Below are positions 1 to 10,271 of a stretch of DNA of 64,000 nucleotides, one piece after another. Under the pieces are notes generated by a model. The model was given only the letters and a program-made list of their open reading frames with translations, searched no databases and was not told the DNA's origin. The translations under genes and the position numbers were made by a program. Every line of letters starts with the position of its first letter. Position 1 is the stretch's first letter. Origin of the DNA: an uncultured Aureispira sp. (GTDB lineage Bacteria > Bacteroidota > Bacteroidia > Chitinophagales > Saprospiraceae); the NCBI GenBank assembly GCA_964526715.1, contig CAZGMB010000024.1:6324-70323 (forward strand), read 5' to 3'.

Positions 1-3000
1 TTGGAGCTGCCTGTCAATGTGGCACTGTTTACCTTACAGGTAAGTTCTTGATTTGGTCCTGCATTAGCTGCGGGCAAATTTGCATCTTTTATTACTACTA
101 CATTGTCAGTAGCCACACATTGATCAGGGAAAGTTACCGTAATAGTATAAGTTCCCTCTGTACTTGTAGTTACTGTTTGACCTGTATTATTAAAGCCGTT
201 TGGTCCTGTCCATACAAACACTCCACCTGTTGATGCTGTAGTAGCCGTTAATGTAGCTGTGTTTTGAGCACAAGTAAGTTGTATATCTGGACCTGCACTC
301 ACTATCTGTGTACATGTGGAGCATGGCGTCTGCGTTACTGTAAATGGAACGGTACATCCATTGTTAATTGCATCCGTTACCACCAAATTCAAGACTTGTC
401 CATTGGCAGGAAGATTATTAATAGTGGCCACCTGTCCGTAAGTAAAAGGTCCGAAAGTTTGAGCACCCAATGTCACATTGTAAAAATTGGTACTTCCACT
501 CACCACATTAACTACGAAAGTGATACTAAATCTATCATCCAAGGTGGTGTTTCCAGTATTATTATTGTCACAGCTTCCAATGACAATATTATTTACTGCC
601 AATACACAAGGAGTACTACAAGCAGGCGGTGCTGTTACATTGACTACCCTTCTACATTGATTATCATTTTCATCCACAATTGTCAACGCCAAATTACCAC
701 CAGATATCGGATATGGTCCTAATACTACATTAGTATTATAGGGGTATAAAGTAGCATTGTTGGATAAACGCCAATTGGCTGAAGTATTAAATCCTGTCAC
801 TCTTATGGTAAAAGTAAAGGTATCGTCTGAAGGATCATTAATCGTACCATTGTTATTACACAAAATATTGGATACCACACCATTTACGCTACAAGCTCCA
901 GAACATCCATTAAGACTACCTACCGGTATGGTGGTAAAGCAAGATATATTCAATAAGTCCCTGATTCTGATATCGGGTGATGTGCCATTGGCAGGAAGTT
1001 GAAAACTTACTGGTGCCCCATAATTGTAAGTGCCTGAAATCACATTGTTAATCAATAACGAAAATTGAGTAGATGTGCCAGCATTTACTGATGTAGCTAC
1101 AAATGATATCGTATAAACATCATCAGAAGCATCAGCATCAGTGCCTTGATTGTTACAAGAAATATCAAGGTTATTAACGGTGATTTCACAATTAGTAGAA
1201 CATGAAACTAATGGTCCAATATTTCGGGTCACAGTACATCCTGTAATATTATCAATAATCTCTAAGGTTCCTGAACTACCATTAGCCGGTAATTCAATGG
1301 TATTTAGAATATTGTAATTTAGATTATTACTTATCACTTCACTATTATACCTAACCGTGTATGTGTTAGTTACGCTAGGAAGTGACCCAATATTCATTTT
1401 AATCACATAAACATCATCGTTGGCATTGCTCAATGTCCCTTTGTTGTCACAATCGATATCAAAAGTATTGATAGAAAGACGTTGACCACTTAATATTTGT
1501 AACGGATAAGAAGCCACACATAGATCAGCCAATGTTCTGACTTGTATTGTATAGCTTGCGGCACTTAAATTGCCAAAGAGCGGATTGGTTGTCCAAGGCA
1601 AGTTGTTTAATCTAAATTCCAAACCCGTAGTTGGAGGATTTACGGTAATAGAACCATTATTTGCCCCAAAACATATTTCATTTTGTACATTAAATGTTAC
1701 ATTAGGAATAGCTAAGACATTTAAAGTGACTTCTGCAATTGATTTACAGTTATTTGCATTCGTGACAACTACAAATATCTTTTGACCATTAGCTGTGTTT
1801 GTATATGTCAGCGGCAACGGATTGGTATTGTTTTGAGCGTCTGCCAACGTTGCGTGGTATGTAAATGTAAACCCTGCACCTGAAATAATGCTACTTTGAG
1901 CTAAAGCCAAGTCAAAAGTGGTGATACCATCCCTGTCATTATCACATACTGAAAGAGTCGCATTTTGAACCTGTGGATTCGGTGTTACTTCAAATAAAAC
2001 AGGGATTCTTTGACTCTTACATGCATTAAGTGTATCAATTGCCTGAACATAATAAGTGAATATACCTGTTACATTTGTTGGTGGTAAATAAGTTAGCGAC
2101 TTATCTTGCAATACTACACCGCCATTGGGTACACTAAACCATTGTGCACTTTGATTTGGACCGGTTACCGTAACTGTTAACGCTACACCCGTTTGCCCCT
2201 CACATGCTTTTTGATTTCCACCCGAAACTGGATTTGGAATGATCGGACAGTTACATTGTGGTGGATCCACTACGATAGTTTGATTAGCACAGTCTGCCAC
2301 AGTAGATACCAAGGTTAGGGTTACACTTTGACCAATGGGAATATTGGATATGGTTCTGATACTACCATTGACGGTGATTGTACCCGCAGATGCTGTAACA
2401 TTATAACCAAAAACCTGTATCCTGACACTATATGTATTGAAGTCAGGTGCACATTTTACTTCTATGACTTCATAAGTACCCGGATCTAACAATTCTACTT
2501 CTACGGTTGCTACCGCATCCGGACAAATACTAGTGCTTGGTACAATATAATCAAATGGATAAGTGTCCGCCGTTTGACCAGCAAAACTTACATTAGCTGG
2601 GTTTGAAATATTGATTCCCGTAGCATAGGTATCTGACCAAAATCCATTCGTAGCAAAAGGAGGCGTCAGTAATGACCATAAGTTTACTGATCTACCATCA
2701 TTACAAATTCTTAATGTTTGACCTACTCCAGCTTGTGGTCCTAACACATTGATAAACTTAATTTCTACTTCATCAGTACATCCGAATTCATTCGTAGCTA
2801 GGATATAATAACTCGTAAACACATCTGTTGTAACTGGTGAAGGAATCTCATTAGCTGGACTTGCTGGAGTTCCATTGTGATATGTTAAGGTGATATTTGT
2901 GTTGTTTAAGTCGGTAACCAAAATCTCAGCAAGGTCAAAAATTTCGCCTAAACAAATTTCAATAGACGTTCTGTCTGCGATAATATTGGGTACAGGGACA

Positions 3001-6000
3001 ATGGTTACTTCCTGATCAACGGTAATATCGGTTCCTGTGCATGCATTTCTATACGTCCAAGTGTAAACCCTAGTATTGCCATTGTCCACAAATGTAGGGT
3101 TGACTGACCCTGAAATGGCACAAGGTGCCACTAAGCCATTGGTATAGTTAAGTGGTTGTGGTGTAGGAAATCCAACATTACATGGTAAAAATACGTCTGC
3201 AGGATCGTCAGTAAAAAATGGATCCGGTGCAGGAAGTACATTTATATTTTGATTATACACAATTGATCTGCCGCATGCATCGGTAAACTGCCAAGTATAT
3301 TGGATGGTACCACCACATTGATTGTAACTACCCGTTTGTATTGGAATTACTGATCCAGAGATTTCACATGGTGCAGCTTCGCCATTAGAGTAAAATAATG
3401 CTGGTGGCACTGCCGGAATATCTACACACTCTACTTGAATGTTAGCTGGTGGTACATCTAAAAATACTGCAGCCGGAGTAGGTTGTACATTTATATTTTG
3501 TACATGATCCAATTTAGTGCCACATTGATCAGTAATGGTCCAAGTGACTGTAGCATTACCTCCACATTGATTTACACCTGCCGTACTTAAAATCGGAAGC
3601 ATTTCTCCAGACCTTTCACACTCACCCGAGATACCATTACTATACTCAAGAGGTATGGCAAATGCAGAAAGATCCTGACAAGTTACAGTGACATCCTGTG
3701 GTAATGGAGTGATTATAGTCGGTGGTGCAGAAGGTAAAACAACAATAATCTGACTGTATGATATAGGGCGATTACAATCGTCAACCCCGTTCCAATTGAT
3801 GGTGATATTGCCTCCACATGCTCTAAAGTCTCTAACTACAACAGGAGAAATACTACCAGAAATCAAACATGATGAATTATTAGTGTAGTTGATATCCGGA
3901 GCATCAAACAATTCTGCATCAGCACATGAAAGCGTGGTATAAACAGGAGGATTGATCAAAGTTGCCACAGGAGGCGGCAATACATTGACTACACGGGTAT
4001 AGGTATATCTCCTATCACAAAGATCGGTGTACTCCCAAGTGTACGTGTAAGTTTTAGCACAATTATTTTCTACCACGTTCAGAGTAGGTATGACATCAGC
4101 TGTGATAAGACAACTTCCTGTAGAGTTATTGGTGATTTGCAATACAGGTAGATTTGATGGATCTGGCTCATCTGTACATTGAACTGTACTTAATGGTGGT
4201 GGCGGATTTACAAAGGATGGCTCTGCAGGAGGTAACACCGTGATGGTCTGGCTCCAAACGATTGTCCTACCACATTGGTCCATATACTCCCATTGCAATT
4301 GATAGGTTGCCTGACAATTGACAATGTTTGAATTTATGGTTGCTTGTACTGAACCTGAGATACCGCAGACTCCTGAAAGTCCGTTGGAGTAATTCAACAC
4401 AGGAGGTGTACTTAAGTCCGGAGCATTCACACAAGAGAAAGTGGTGCTAGCTGGAGGATTAGTAAATGTAGGCGGCGGCGGCGGGAGTACATTTATAGTT
4501 CTGGTGTAAGATATTGTTCTACCACAAAAATCGGTATGCTCCCACAAATAGGTATAAATCTTGGAACAATCTGGATTTTCTTGCACCTGCGGTACGGCGG
4601 TAATAGTTCCAGTAATGGCACAATCACCACTGGCGCCATTGGTATAATTTAATGGTATAGCTGTGCCCGGATCTGGTGTATTTACACATGCCAAAGTTTC
4701 TGATGGTGGTGGGTTTACAAAAGACGCAGGAGGTGGAGGATTGACCGTGATAGTTCTGACATGGGTAATGGTGCGACCACATAAATCCATAAACTCCCAG
4801 GTGTAGGTATATTGACCCTGACAATTTTCAACGGTTCCACTCCTTACTGGAGGCACAGAACCAGAGATACCACATCCATTTAAAGTTTGTCCATTGTTAT
4901 AACTCAACGGTGGCAATTCATCAAAATCAAAGCCATCGCAAGACTGTACTGTAAGACTAGCTGGTGGATTAATCCATTGCGGAGCTAAAGGCGGATCTAC
5001 GTTTACTATTTTAGTGTGAGTGATAGTTCTATCACATGCATCCGTATACTCCCATTCATAAGTAATTATTTTGGAACAATCTGGATTGGAAACCACTGAT
5101 GGTGTCGCATTGATGGTGCCACTAATCAAACAATTGCCCGCAGCACCATTGGTATAATTTAGAGCCAAGGGAACAGTTGTATCAGGTGCATTTTCACAAG
5201 TTACAGTCTCTGATGCAGGCGGATTTACAAAAGCTGGAGCAGGTGGTGGGTTTACAGTTACCGTTCTGATATGGGTTATGGTTCTTCCACATAAATCCAT
5301 AAACTCCCAAGTGTAAGTGTACTGTCCTTGACAATCTTCAACACTTCCAGTCCTGACATAATCAACACTTCCGCTGATACCACATCCATTCAGGGTTTGG
5401 CCATTGTTATAATTTAATGGCAGCGGTGCATCAAAATTGAATCCATCACAAGACAATACCGTAATACTAGCTGGTGGGTTGATCCATTGAGGAGCTAACG
5501 GTGGATCCACGTTTACTATTTTGGTATGGGAGATCGTTCTATCGCAAGCATCTGTAAATTCCCACTCGTATGTAATAATTTTAGAACAATCAGGATTGGA
5601 AACAACTGTTGGTGTGGCATTGATGGTACCGCTGATAAGACATGTTCCTGATGCCCCATTGGTGTAGCTTAAAGGTAAAGGTACTGTAATATCTGGTGCA
5701 TTTTCACAGGTTACGGTCTCTGATGCCGGTGGATTGACAAAAGCAGGTGCAGGAGGCGGAATCACAGTTACCGTACGATTATGTGTTATAGTCCTTCCAC
5801 ATTGGTCCATAAATTCCCATGTATATGTGTAAGCACCCGCACAATCATCAACACTTCCTGTTCTGACGGGTTCATCGCTTCCACTGATTCCACAACCATT
5901 TAGTGTTTGACCATTATTGTAAAACAATGGAGGCAACGCATCAAAATTAAATCCACTACAAGATTCCACAGTAATGTCTACAGGTGGATTGATCCAAACT

Positions 6001-9000
6001 GGTGCAAGTGGCGGATCTACATTAATGATCTGCGTATGGGTAATTGTACGGTCACAAAAGTCAGTAAATTCCCACTCGTATGTGTACACTTTGGAACAGT
6101 CAGGGTTTTCTACCACAGAAGGCAATGCTGGTACAGCACCACTTATGAGACACATCCCAGAACCATTATTGGTATAGCTGAGGTTCACTGCTAGATTCTC
6201 ATCTGGCTCATTCTCGCAGGTTACAGTATTATTAGCTGGTGGATTGACCCAAACTGGGGCAGCTGGAGGTACTACAGTTACTACTTTGGAATGAGTGATC
6301 GTCCTATTACATTGATCTATAAAAGTCCAAGTGTAGGTATATGATCCTTGACAATCTTCGACTGAACCTGTACGGACTGCTTGTACCGAACCTATGATTT
6401 GACATCCAGCCCCACTTAAAAAATTATTGTATGATAAAAGTGGTAGCGCATCAAAATCATACCCGGAGCACGACTCTACCGTTTCATCTGTGGGCGGAGA
6501 TATCCATGTCGGCAAATCAGGTGGACTCAAGGTGTACACTTGCGTGTGTGCTATAGTTCTGCCACAGGGATCCGTAAATTCCCAAGTAAATGTAATGGTT
6601 CCCTCACATTCCTCTATATCGTCAACCCTAACAGGTGGGACAGATCCTGCTATTTCACAAAATGACCCTGCCGGCGCACCGTTAGAATAAGACAATGGCG
6701 GCAAAAAAGAAGTTGGTAATGTCACTCCACAGGCCAAAGTCACATCAGCAGGAGGATTGATCCAAACTGCTTCTGGTGCAGGATCAACAAATAATATTTG
6801 CTGATAAGATATGGATCGCCCGCAACTATCTGTTTTTTCCCATAAGTATTCGATCTGTCCTCCGCAGATATCATAAGCATCGGTACGGTCGGGAATCACA
6901 GTACCCGCTATTCTACACCTTCCCGAAGGTACACCGTTAGAATATTGCAAAGGTGGCAAAACAGATGGGTCTGGTATCATAGCACATGTGATCGTCGCGG
7001 TATCTGGAGGTATATTTTGAAATGTAATGTCTAATGGTGGCTCTATAGTCCACACTTGGGTATGGGAAAGCGGCCTACCACATCGATCATTACCTTCCCA
7101 AGTAAACGTCACTGTACCTTCACAGTTGACAGTATCAACGGTTTGAACGGGTATAATTTGTCCTGCCACTGCACAGAATGGCCCTGTTTGACCATTAGTA
7201 TAAGATAAAGGCGGCAAGAAATTGGCATCGGGAAAAGCAGTACAAGCTACAGTTACGTCCGCAGGTGGCTGTATAAAAGCAGCTTCCAAAGGTGGATTGA
7301 TGGTGATCACTTGATCATCTAAAATTTCCTGCATACATACATTGTCATTGGATTGCCATGTGTATGTGACTGTCCCCATGCAACCCATGGTATCTACAGC
7401 ACGTGTGGCTGTAATGGTGCCAAAAACCCGACATGCTCCCGTCAAACCATTATCATATGATAGAGTAGGTAATGGTGTTGCTGGTGGAAATAAATCGCAT
7501 GATACTGTTATATCTACAGCAGGGGTAAATGTAGCCGGTGGTACTGGTTGTATGGTTATGGTTTGTACATGACTCGCAGTATTACCACAGCTATCTGTGA
7601 TTTCCCAGGTACGAGTGATCGTTCCACCGTCGCAATTAGTATAATTGTCTTCTTGTACCCCTGCAAGCGTGCCACTACCTAAACAATTGTCTGTAAAAGA
7701 TAAAGTAGGCATAGCAGGTACTGACAAAAAACAATTAAAAGTCGCGTTGGGAGGCCCACCCGTAATGACTGGCTGGATATTATCCTGAAATGAAAAAGGA
7801 GCAGAGTCTAACTCACAACATGTCGTCATAGTGGTACAACCCGATATTATATCTGCTATATTATCACCCACCATGGGAGGATCGGCTTTAGCGGTGACAT
7901 AATTATAACTATATGCAGTAAAGTCCGCACAAGTCGGCCAAGTAAAGGTAGTAGATGTTCCTGGGACGACCGCAACCAATTCTCCGGAAGCATTGGCTAT
8001 GAGAATATATTGCGAGTATCCTGTTGCTAGATTGGGGTTTCCACCAACATTAATATTTACTGTACCATTGGGACACACGGGTGTGGGTGATGCGGTGATG
8101 GTACCCGCTTCCGCATCGTAGACATTAACCGTTATACAGTTGGGTAAAGGACTAGCCGTTAGAGGCACGCAATCATTTTGCACATCCGTACATAGAGTAT
8201 ATTGCCCTGGGGTGGTCCAAGTGTGGGTGTAGGTCATTTCTGTCTCACCTCCATTAATATTATTACTAAACAAAAAAGTATTACCTGGTGTCCAGGCAGG
8301 TCCATTATCAAGTGTCCAAACATATCTAATACCACCTGGAGCTAAAGGTGTAGTATATGTATAAGATTGACCTACACAAGCATTGATTTCACCAGTTACA
8401 GGACCACCAAAAGGCTCTATAGCTGGATCACAACCAGGTGCAGTTACAGAAAAAGTTACCGAACACCTAGATCCACCACACCCATCTACAACTAAATGAT
8501 ACGTTTTACCCTTAATTGCTCCTGAAACATTTAAAGTTCTAGTACCTGAGACTACACCACATCCAAAACATGGAGGGTTTGCACCACCACATGGAGGTGG
8601 CTGAAAGTCAGCATCACATGCAATAGCTGATGGAACGTTATTACATTCACCATAAATTGCAGCCTGAATTCCTCTACTTGTTCCACTTCCTGTACAACCA
8701 GAAAAAGACAAATTTACAGTAAAATCTTCGCAAATGGCTGTAAATCTTAGCCATGTTGGATTTTGCCAAGCAGTGTTTGTAAGGCCTACGCACAAATCGC
8801 CACTACTCGGCCCTGACGGCGGAGTACCTGAGTTTCCCATTTGAAAAGTATAACCTTGCAAACAATTTATCGTACAAAGTAAGGGTGCTGTACTACAATT
8901 ACAAGTAGGAGAACTTGATCCAGTGTTACACACAGACCATGGTGGACATTGAGCAAAAATTTGATAGCTGATTCCAAATAAAATAAAAAGAGTAAATATA

Positions 9001-9011
9001 AGCTTACGCAT
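1..9011 (-). CDS. Giant secreted cysteine-rich tandem-repeat surface protein (adhesin-like). N-terminal >3,000 aa are present; the C-terminus lies beyond the left window edge. Not in the supplied ORF track.
   Basis: The reverse complement from 9011 reads ATG CGT AAG CTT ATA TTT ..., giving MRKLIFTLFILFGISYQIFAQ followed by CPPWSVCNTGSSSPTCNCS (signal peptide, then a Cys-rich mature part). The same frame is open and in register where hand-translated at 8821-9011, 5281-5342 (VEDCQGQYTYTWEFMDLCGRT), 1381-1499 (QILSGQRLSINTFDIDCDNKGTLSNANDDVYVIKMNIGS) and 3-59 (GPNQELTCKVNSATLTGSS). There is no stop before position 1, so a stop-bounded ORF caller skips it. Only plus-strand ORFs of 152 aa or less cover these 9 kb. 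Confidence 0.8.
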   Translation of the reverse strand, partial: MRKLIFTLFILFGISYQIFAQCPPWSVCNTGSSSPTCNCSTAPLLCTINCLQGYTFQMGNSGTPPSGPSSGDLCVGLTNTAWQNPTWLRFTAICEDFTVNLSFSGCTGSGTSRGIQAAIYGECNNVPSAIACDADFQPPPCGGANPPCFGCGVVSGTRTLNVSGAIKGKTYHLVVDGCGGSRCSVTFSVTAPGCDPAIEPFGGPVTGEINACVGQSYTYTTPLAPGGIRYVWTLDNGPAWTPGNTFLFSNNINGGETEMTYTHTWTTPGQYTLCTDVQNDCVPLTASPLPNCITVNVYDAEAGTITASPTPVCPNGTVNINVGGNPNLATGYSQYILIANASGELVAVVPGTSTTFTWPTCADFTAYSYNYVTAKADPPMVGDNIADIISGCTTMTTCCELDSAPFSFQDNIQPVITGGPPNATFNCFLSVPAMPTLSFTDNCLGSGTLAGVQEDNYTNCDGGTITRTWEITDSCGNTASHVQTITIQPVPPATFTPAVDITVSCDLFPPATPLPTLSYDNGLTGACRVFGTITATRAVDTMGCMGTVTYTWQSNDNVCMQEILDDQVITINPPLEAAFIQPPADVTVACTAFPDANFLPPLSYTNGQTGPFCAVAGQIIPVQTVDTVNCEGTVTFTWEGNDRCGRPLSHTQVWTIEPPLDITFQNIPPDTATITCAMIPDPSVLPPLQYSNGVPSGRCRIAGTVIPDRTDAYDICGGQIEYLWEKTDSCGRSISYQQILFVDPAPEAVWINPPADVTLACGVTLPTSFLPPLSYSNGAPAGSFCEIAGSVPPVRVDDIEECEGTITFTWEFTDPCGRTIAHTQVYTLSPPDLPTWISPPTDETVESCSGYDFDALPLLSYNNFLSGAGCQIIGSVQAVRTGSVEDCQGSYTYTWTFIDQCNRTITHSKVVTVVPPAAPVWVNPPANNTVTCENEPDENLAVNLSYTNNGSGMCLISGAVPALPSVVENPDCSKVYTYEWEFTDFCDRTITHTQIINVDPPLAPVWINPPVDITVESCSGFNFDALPPLFYNNGQTLNGCGISGSDEPVRTGSVDDCAGAYTYTWEFMDQCGRTITHNRTVTVIPPPAPAFVNPPASETVTCENAPDITVPLPLSYTNGASGTCLISGTINATPTVVSNPDCSKIITYEWEFTDACDRTISHTKIVNVDPPLAPQWINPPASITVLSCDGFNFDAPLPLNYNNGQTLNGCGISGSVDYVRTGSVEDCQGQYTYTWEFMDLCGRTITHIRTVTVNPPPAPAFVNPPASETVTCENAPDTTVPLALNYTNGAAGNCLISGTINATPSVVSNPDCSKIITYEWEYTDACDRTITHTKIVNVDPPLAPQWINPPASLTVQSCDGFDFDELPPLSYNNGQTLNGCGISGSVPPVRSGTVENCQGQYTYTWEFMDLCGRTITHVRTITVNPPPPASFVNPPPSETLACVNTPDPGTAIPLNYTNGASGDCAITGTITAVPQVQENPDCSKIYTYLWEHTDFCGRTISYTRTINVLPPPPPTFTNPPASTTFSCVNAPDLSTPPVLNYSNGLSGVCGISGSVQATINSNIVNCQATYQLQWEYMDQCGRTIVWSQTITVLPPAEPSFVNPPPPLSTVQCTDEPDPSNLPVLQITNNSTGSCLITADVIPTLNVVENNCAKTYTYTWEYTDLCDRRYTYTRVVNVLPPPVATLINPPVYTTLSCADAELFDAPDINYTNNSSCLISGSISPVVVRDFRACGGNITINWNGVDDCNRPISYSQIIVVLPSAPPTIITPLPQDVTVTCQDLSAFAIPLEYSNGISGECERSGEMLPILSTAGVNQCGGNATVTWTITDQCGTKLDHVQNINVQPTPAAVFLDVPPANIQVECVDIPAVPPALFYSNGEAAPCEISGSVIPIQTGSYNQCGGTIQYTWQFTDACGRSIVYNQNINVLPAPDPFFTDDPADVFLPCNVGFPTPQPLNYTNGLVAPCAISGSVNPTFVDNGNTRVYTWTYRNACTGTDITVDQEVTIVPVPNIIADRTSIEICLGEIFDLAEILVTDLNNTNITLTYHNGTPASPANEIPSPVTTDVFTSYYILATNEFGCTDEVEIKFINVLGPQAGVGQTLRICNDGRSVNLWSLLTPPFATNGFWSDTYATGINISNPANVSFAGQTADTYPFDYIVPSTSICPDAVATVEVELLDPGTYEVIEVKCAPDFNTYSVRIQVFGYNVTASAGTITVNGSIRTISNIPIGQSVTLTLVSTVADCANQTIVVDPPQCNCPIIPNPVSGGNQKACEGQTGVALTVTVTGPNQSAQWFSVPNGGVVLQDKSLTYLPPTNVTGIFTYYVQAIDTLNACKSQRIPVLFEVTPNPQVQNATLSVCDNDRDGITTFDLALAQSSIISGAGFTFTYHATLADAQNNTNPLPLTYTNTANGQKIFVVVTNANNCKSIAEVTLNVLAIPNVTFNVQNEICFGANNGSITVNPPTTGLEFRLNNLPWTTNPLFGNLSAASYTIQVRTLADLCVASYPLQILSGQRLSINTFDIDCDNKGTLSNANDDVYVIKMNIGSLPSVTNTYTVRYNSEVISNNLNYNILNTIELPANGSSGTLEIIDNITGCTVTRNIGPLVSCSTNCEITVNNLDISCNNQGTDADASDDVYTISFVATSVNAGTSTQFSLLINNVISGTYNYGAPVSFQLPANGTSPDIRIRDLLNISCFTTIPVGSLNGCSGACSVNGVVSNILCNNNGTINDPSDDTFTFTIRVTGFNTSANWRLSNNATLYPYNTNVVLGPYPISGGNLALTIVDENDNQCRRVVNVTAPPACSTPCVLAVNNIVIGSCDNNNTGNTTLDDRFSITFVVNVVSGSTNFYNVTLGAQTFGPFTYGQVATINNLPANGQVLNLVVTDAINNGCTVPFTVTQTPCSTCTQIVSAGPDIQLTCAQNTATLTATTASTGGVFVWTGPNGFNNTGQTVTTSTEGTYTITVTFPDQCVATDNVVVIKDANLPAANAGPNQELTCKVNSATLTGSS
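3000..7700 (-). repeat. About 18-19 tandem ~255-260-bp (~86-aa) domain repeats inside the 1-9011 gene. The central copies (about 4480-6120) form a ~520-bp two-domain super-repeat with high nucleotide identity.
   Basis: A minus-strand peptide motif, W-E-[FY]-x-D-x-C-[GD]-R-[TS]-I, recurs about every 250-260 nt. Plus-strand images include ccacataaatccataaactccca near 4780 and 5296, and ccacattggtccataaattccca near 5796. Further copies lie near 3270, 3520, 4010, 4270, 4520, 5030, 5545, 6050, 6310, 6560, 6820, 7080, 7340 and 7590. Blocks 4741-5260 and 5261-5780 align almost base for base by eye. Confidence 0.7.
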
Positions 9012-9679
9012 CAGGACATTATTTGGTGTTTGTTAAAGGAGTCACAAATAAAAGACAAAATTTTGAAATAATTTAACATTATATTAAAATTTAAATAGTA
9101 ATGTGTTAAAATTTAGACAAAAGTTGCCCTGATAAGACATTTTATTCTATGACATTTACACCTTAAATAATAAAATTCAATAACCTACTTACTTTAAATT
9201 CAGAACGCATTACACAACACAAAATATACTTGGGTGTAGGGTTTCATGTATCTTTTGTTTATTAGCTTCATTTATTGTAGGATATTGTAAAGAAGCTACC
9301 CTTTTTGTAGTAAACACTATTAGGAGCTAGTCTGAGCCGTTGTTTGCGCTTGATGATTAGCTTACTCAAAAACACATTATTTGGGACACATGTGAAGAAT
9401 ATTATTTGAAAAATTATGGTAAGTACACCGTTTGATTTAACAAGATTTCCCTTCAGGTCTCTCATTTTTAGAAGTCAGAGATTAAAACTTTGAAGCGTGG
9501 ATGCCACTTTGCTGAATCCAATATCTATGACTAAAAATCATATGTATAAATCCGTCCATTTGTCGCTATCAAGACATTTATAATCGACTTATTAAATAGG
9601 GAATACTTTAATAATGGGGCAAAAAAAAATATTTATCAATTATTTTACAAAAAAAGTGATATATATTAAAATAAACCCT

Positions 9680-9687
9680 TATCTTTG
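9680..9687 (+). promoter_or_regulatory. Candidate Bacteroidota -7 promoter box (TATCTTTG, matching TAnnTTTG) for the RRM gene
   Basis: Exact match to the TAnnTTTG consensus 74 nt upstream of the ATG at 9761. No clear -33 TTTG lies at the expected spacing. Confidence 0.3.
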
Positions 9688-9760
9688 TTTCGATATTGAA
9701 TTTTGACCCAAAAGCGGGTCCTTTTTATTCTAATTTTATTTTTTTTTTAATTTTTTTTTA

Positions 9761-10057
9761 ATGAATATTTTCGTTGCGAAACTAAACTACAGAACTACTT
9801 CTGAAGCTTTAGAAGACTTATTTGCACAGTACGGCGAAGTTGTAAGCGCCAAAGTAATTACTGACAGAGACACAGGTAGATCTAAAGGATTTGCTTTTGT
9901 TGAAATGGGAAGCGAAGATGCGGGTATCGCTGCTATCGCTGGATTGAATGAAACACAGTTTGACGGTCAGACCATTGTTTGTAAAAAAGCAGAACCAAGA
10001 CCGGCTAGTCCGCCAAGAAGAGATAACAATTTCAGACCAAGAGAAAGAAGATATTAA
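9761..10057 (+). CDS. RRM-type RNA-binding protein (single RNA recognition motif with an Arg/Pro-rich tail)
   Basis: RNP-2 IFVAKL and RNP-1 KGFAFVEM motifs. 98 aa, matching bacterial Rbp-type proteins. Confidence 0.9.
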   Translation: MNIFVAKLNYRTTSEALEDLFAQYGEVVSAKVITDRDTGRSKGFAFVEMGSEDAGIAAIAGLNETQFDGQTIVCKKAEPRPASPPRRDNNFRPRERRY

Positions 10058-10083
10058 TAGTAGCGTATAAAATTGAATCTTAT

Positions 10084-10119
10084 AAAGAGCCTTTTCATCA
10101 GATTAGGCTCTTTTTTTTT
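10084..10119 (+). terminator. Rho-independent terminator after the RRM gene
   Basis: 8-bp stem AAAGAGCC (10084-10091) pairs with GGCTCTTT (10106-10113). It is followed by a 9-T run ending at 10119. Confidence 0.8.
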
Positions 10120-10271
10120 GTTTTATTTCAGGCACCACTAAACTGTAATTATTATTGGGTGTTACTAATTCACGTCTTGATAATGTTTAGCAGTAGTTTA
10201 TATGATGCGCTTTTGGCATTTACCAAGCAATAATTAGAATTTTCAAATACATCATTCATAAAAAATATTTT

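Noticed and set aside
48-7572. Plus-strand ORFs of 61-152 aa listed in the track (48-233, 264-722, 757-1002, 1570-1785, 5907-6194, 5974-6177, 6427-6690, 7342-7572), and the minus-strand 4624-4824
   Set aside because: All lie inside the 9-kb minus-strand ORF, either antisense to it or out of frame with it. Their sequences are low-complexity and Cys/Thr/Ser-rich, with no recognisable motifs. They are shadow ORFs of the giant gene.
9268-9465. 65-aa minus-strand ORF in the 750-bp region between the giant gene start and the RRM gene
   Set aside because: AT-rich composition, no motifs, and it sits in the probable divergent promoter region.
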